A stretch of DNA of 64,000 nt from Thalassobaculaceae bacterium (GTDB lineage Bacteria; Pseudomonadota; Alphaproteobacteria; Thalassobaculales; Thalassobaculaceae): assembly GCA_965228875.1 (NCBI GenBank), contig OZ245843.1, forward strand, positions 434,001 through 498,000, in the 5' to 3' direction. The translations under genes were made by a program, and so were the position numbers. The notes beneath the pieces are model-generated. The model searched no databases. It was given only the letters and a program-made list of their open reading frames with translations, and was not told the origin of the DNA. Shown here piece after piece: positions 63,989-64,000 of this stretch (position 1 is its first letter; each line of letters begins with the position of its first letter).

Positions 63989-64000
63989 CGTCGCCTCCGG

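Noticed and set aside
60680..64000. paa cluster as a novel pathway
   Set aside because: Canonical phenylacetate epoxidase genes; paaA presumably lies beyond the window edge

Overview
GC-rich, gene-dense bacterial chromosome segment. Gene content and regulatory motifs suggest an alphaproteobacterium, probably Rhodospirillales-like (inference). I saw no integrase, transposase, prophage or CRISPR array. From left to right: a sugar/glycerol-phosphate-type ABC operon with a SLOG gene and DeoR regulator; an orphan catabolic island (Baeyer-Villiger monooxygenase, CoA ligase, kappa-GST/isomerase, Liv-type ABC, SDR, two TetRs); cueR-copA; a cupin dioxygenase/SDR/IclR module; a Fur-boxed heme uptake locus; pgm, tRNA-Val(CAC), gph, glmUS, gabD, gor; two TPR-glycosyltransferase-like genes; class II DAHP synthase, pncB, two GT9 enzymes and an omega-transaminase; a 7-gene polyprenyl-phosphate pentofuranose glycosylation operon; and paaBCDE-paaY. 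The best candidate for an undescribed system is the 50089-58407 operon. It has a DprE1/DprE2-like 2'-epimerase pair plus a second oxidoreductase pair, which could give lyxofuranose or mixed Araf/Xylf decoration. Other points of note are a probable ATT-initiated gene, a shared operator containing GANTC sites, PHO-box-like sites on the SLOG/ABC operon, and a uORF or frameshift at 59454. All calls are by eye from motifs; no database searches were run.
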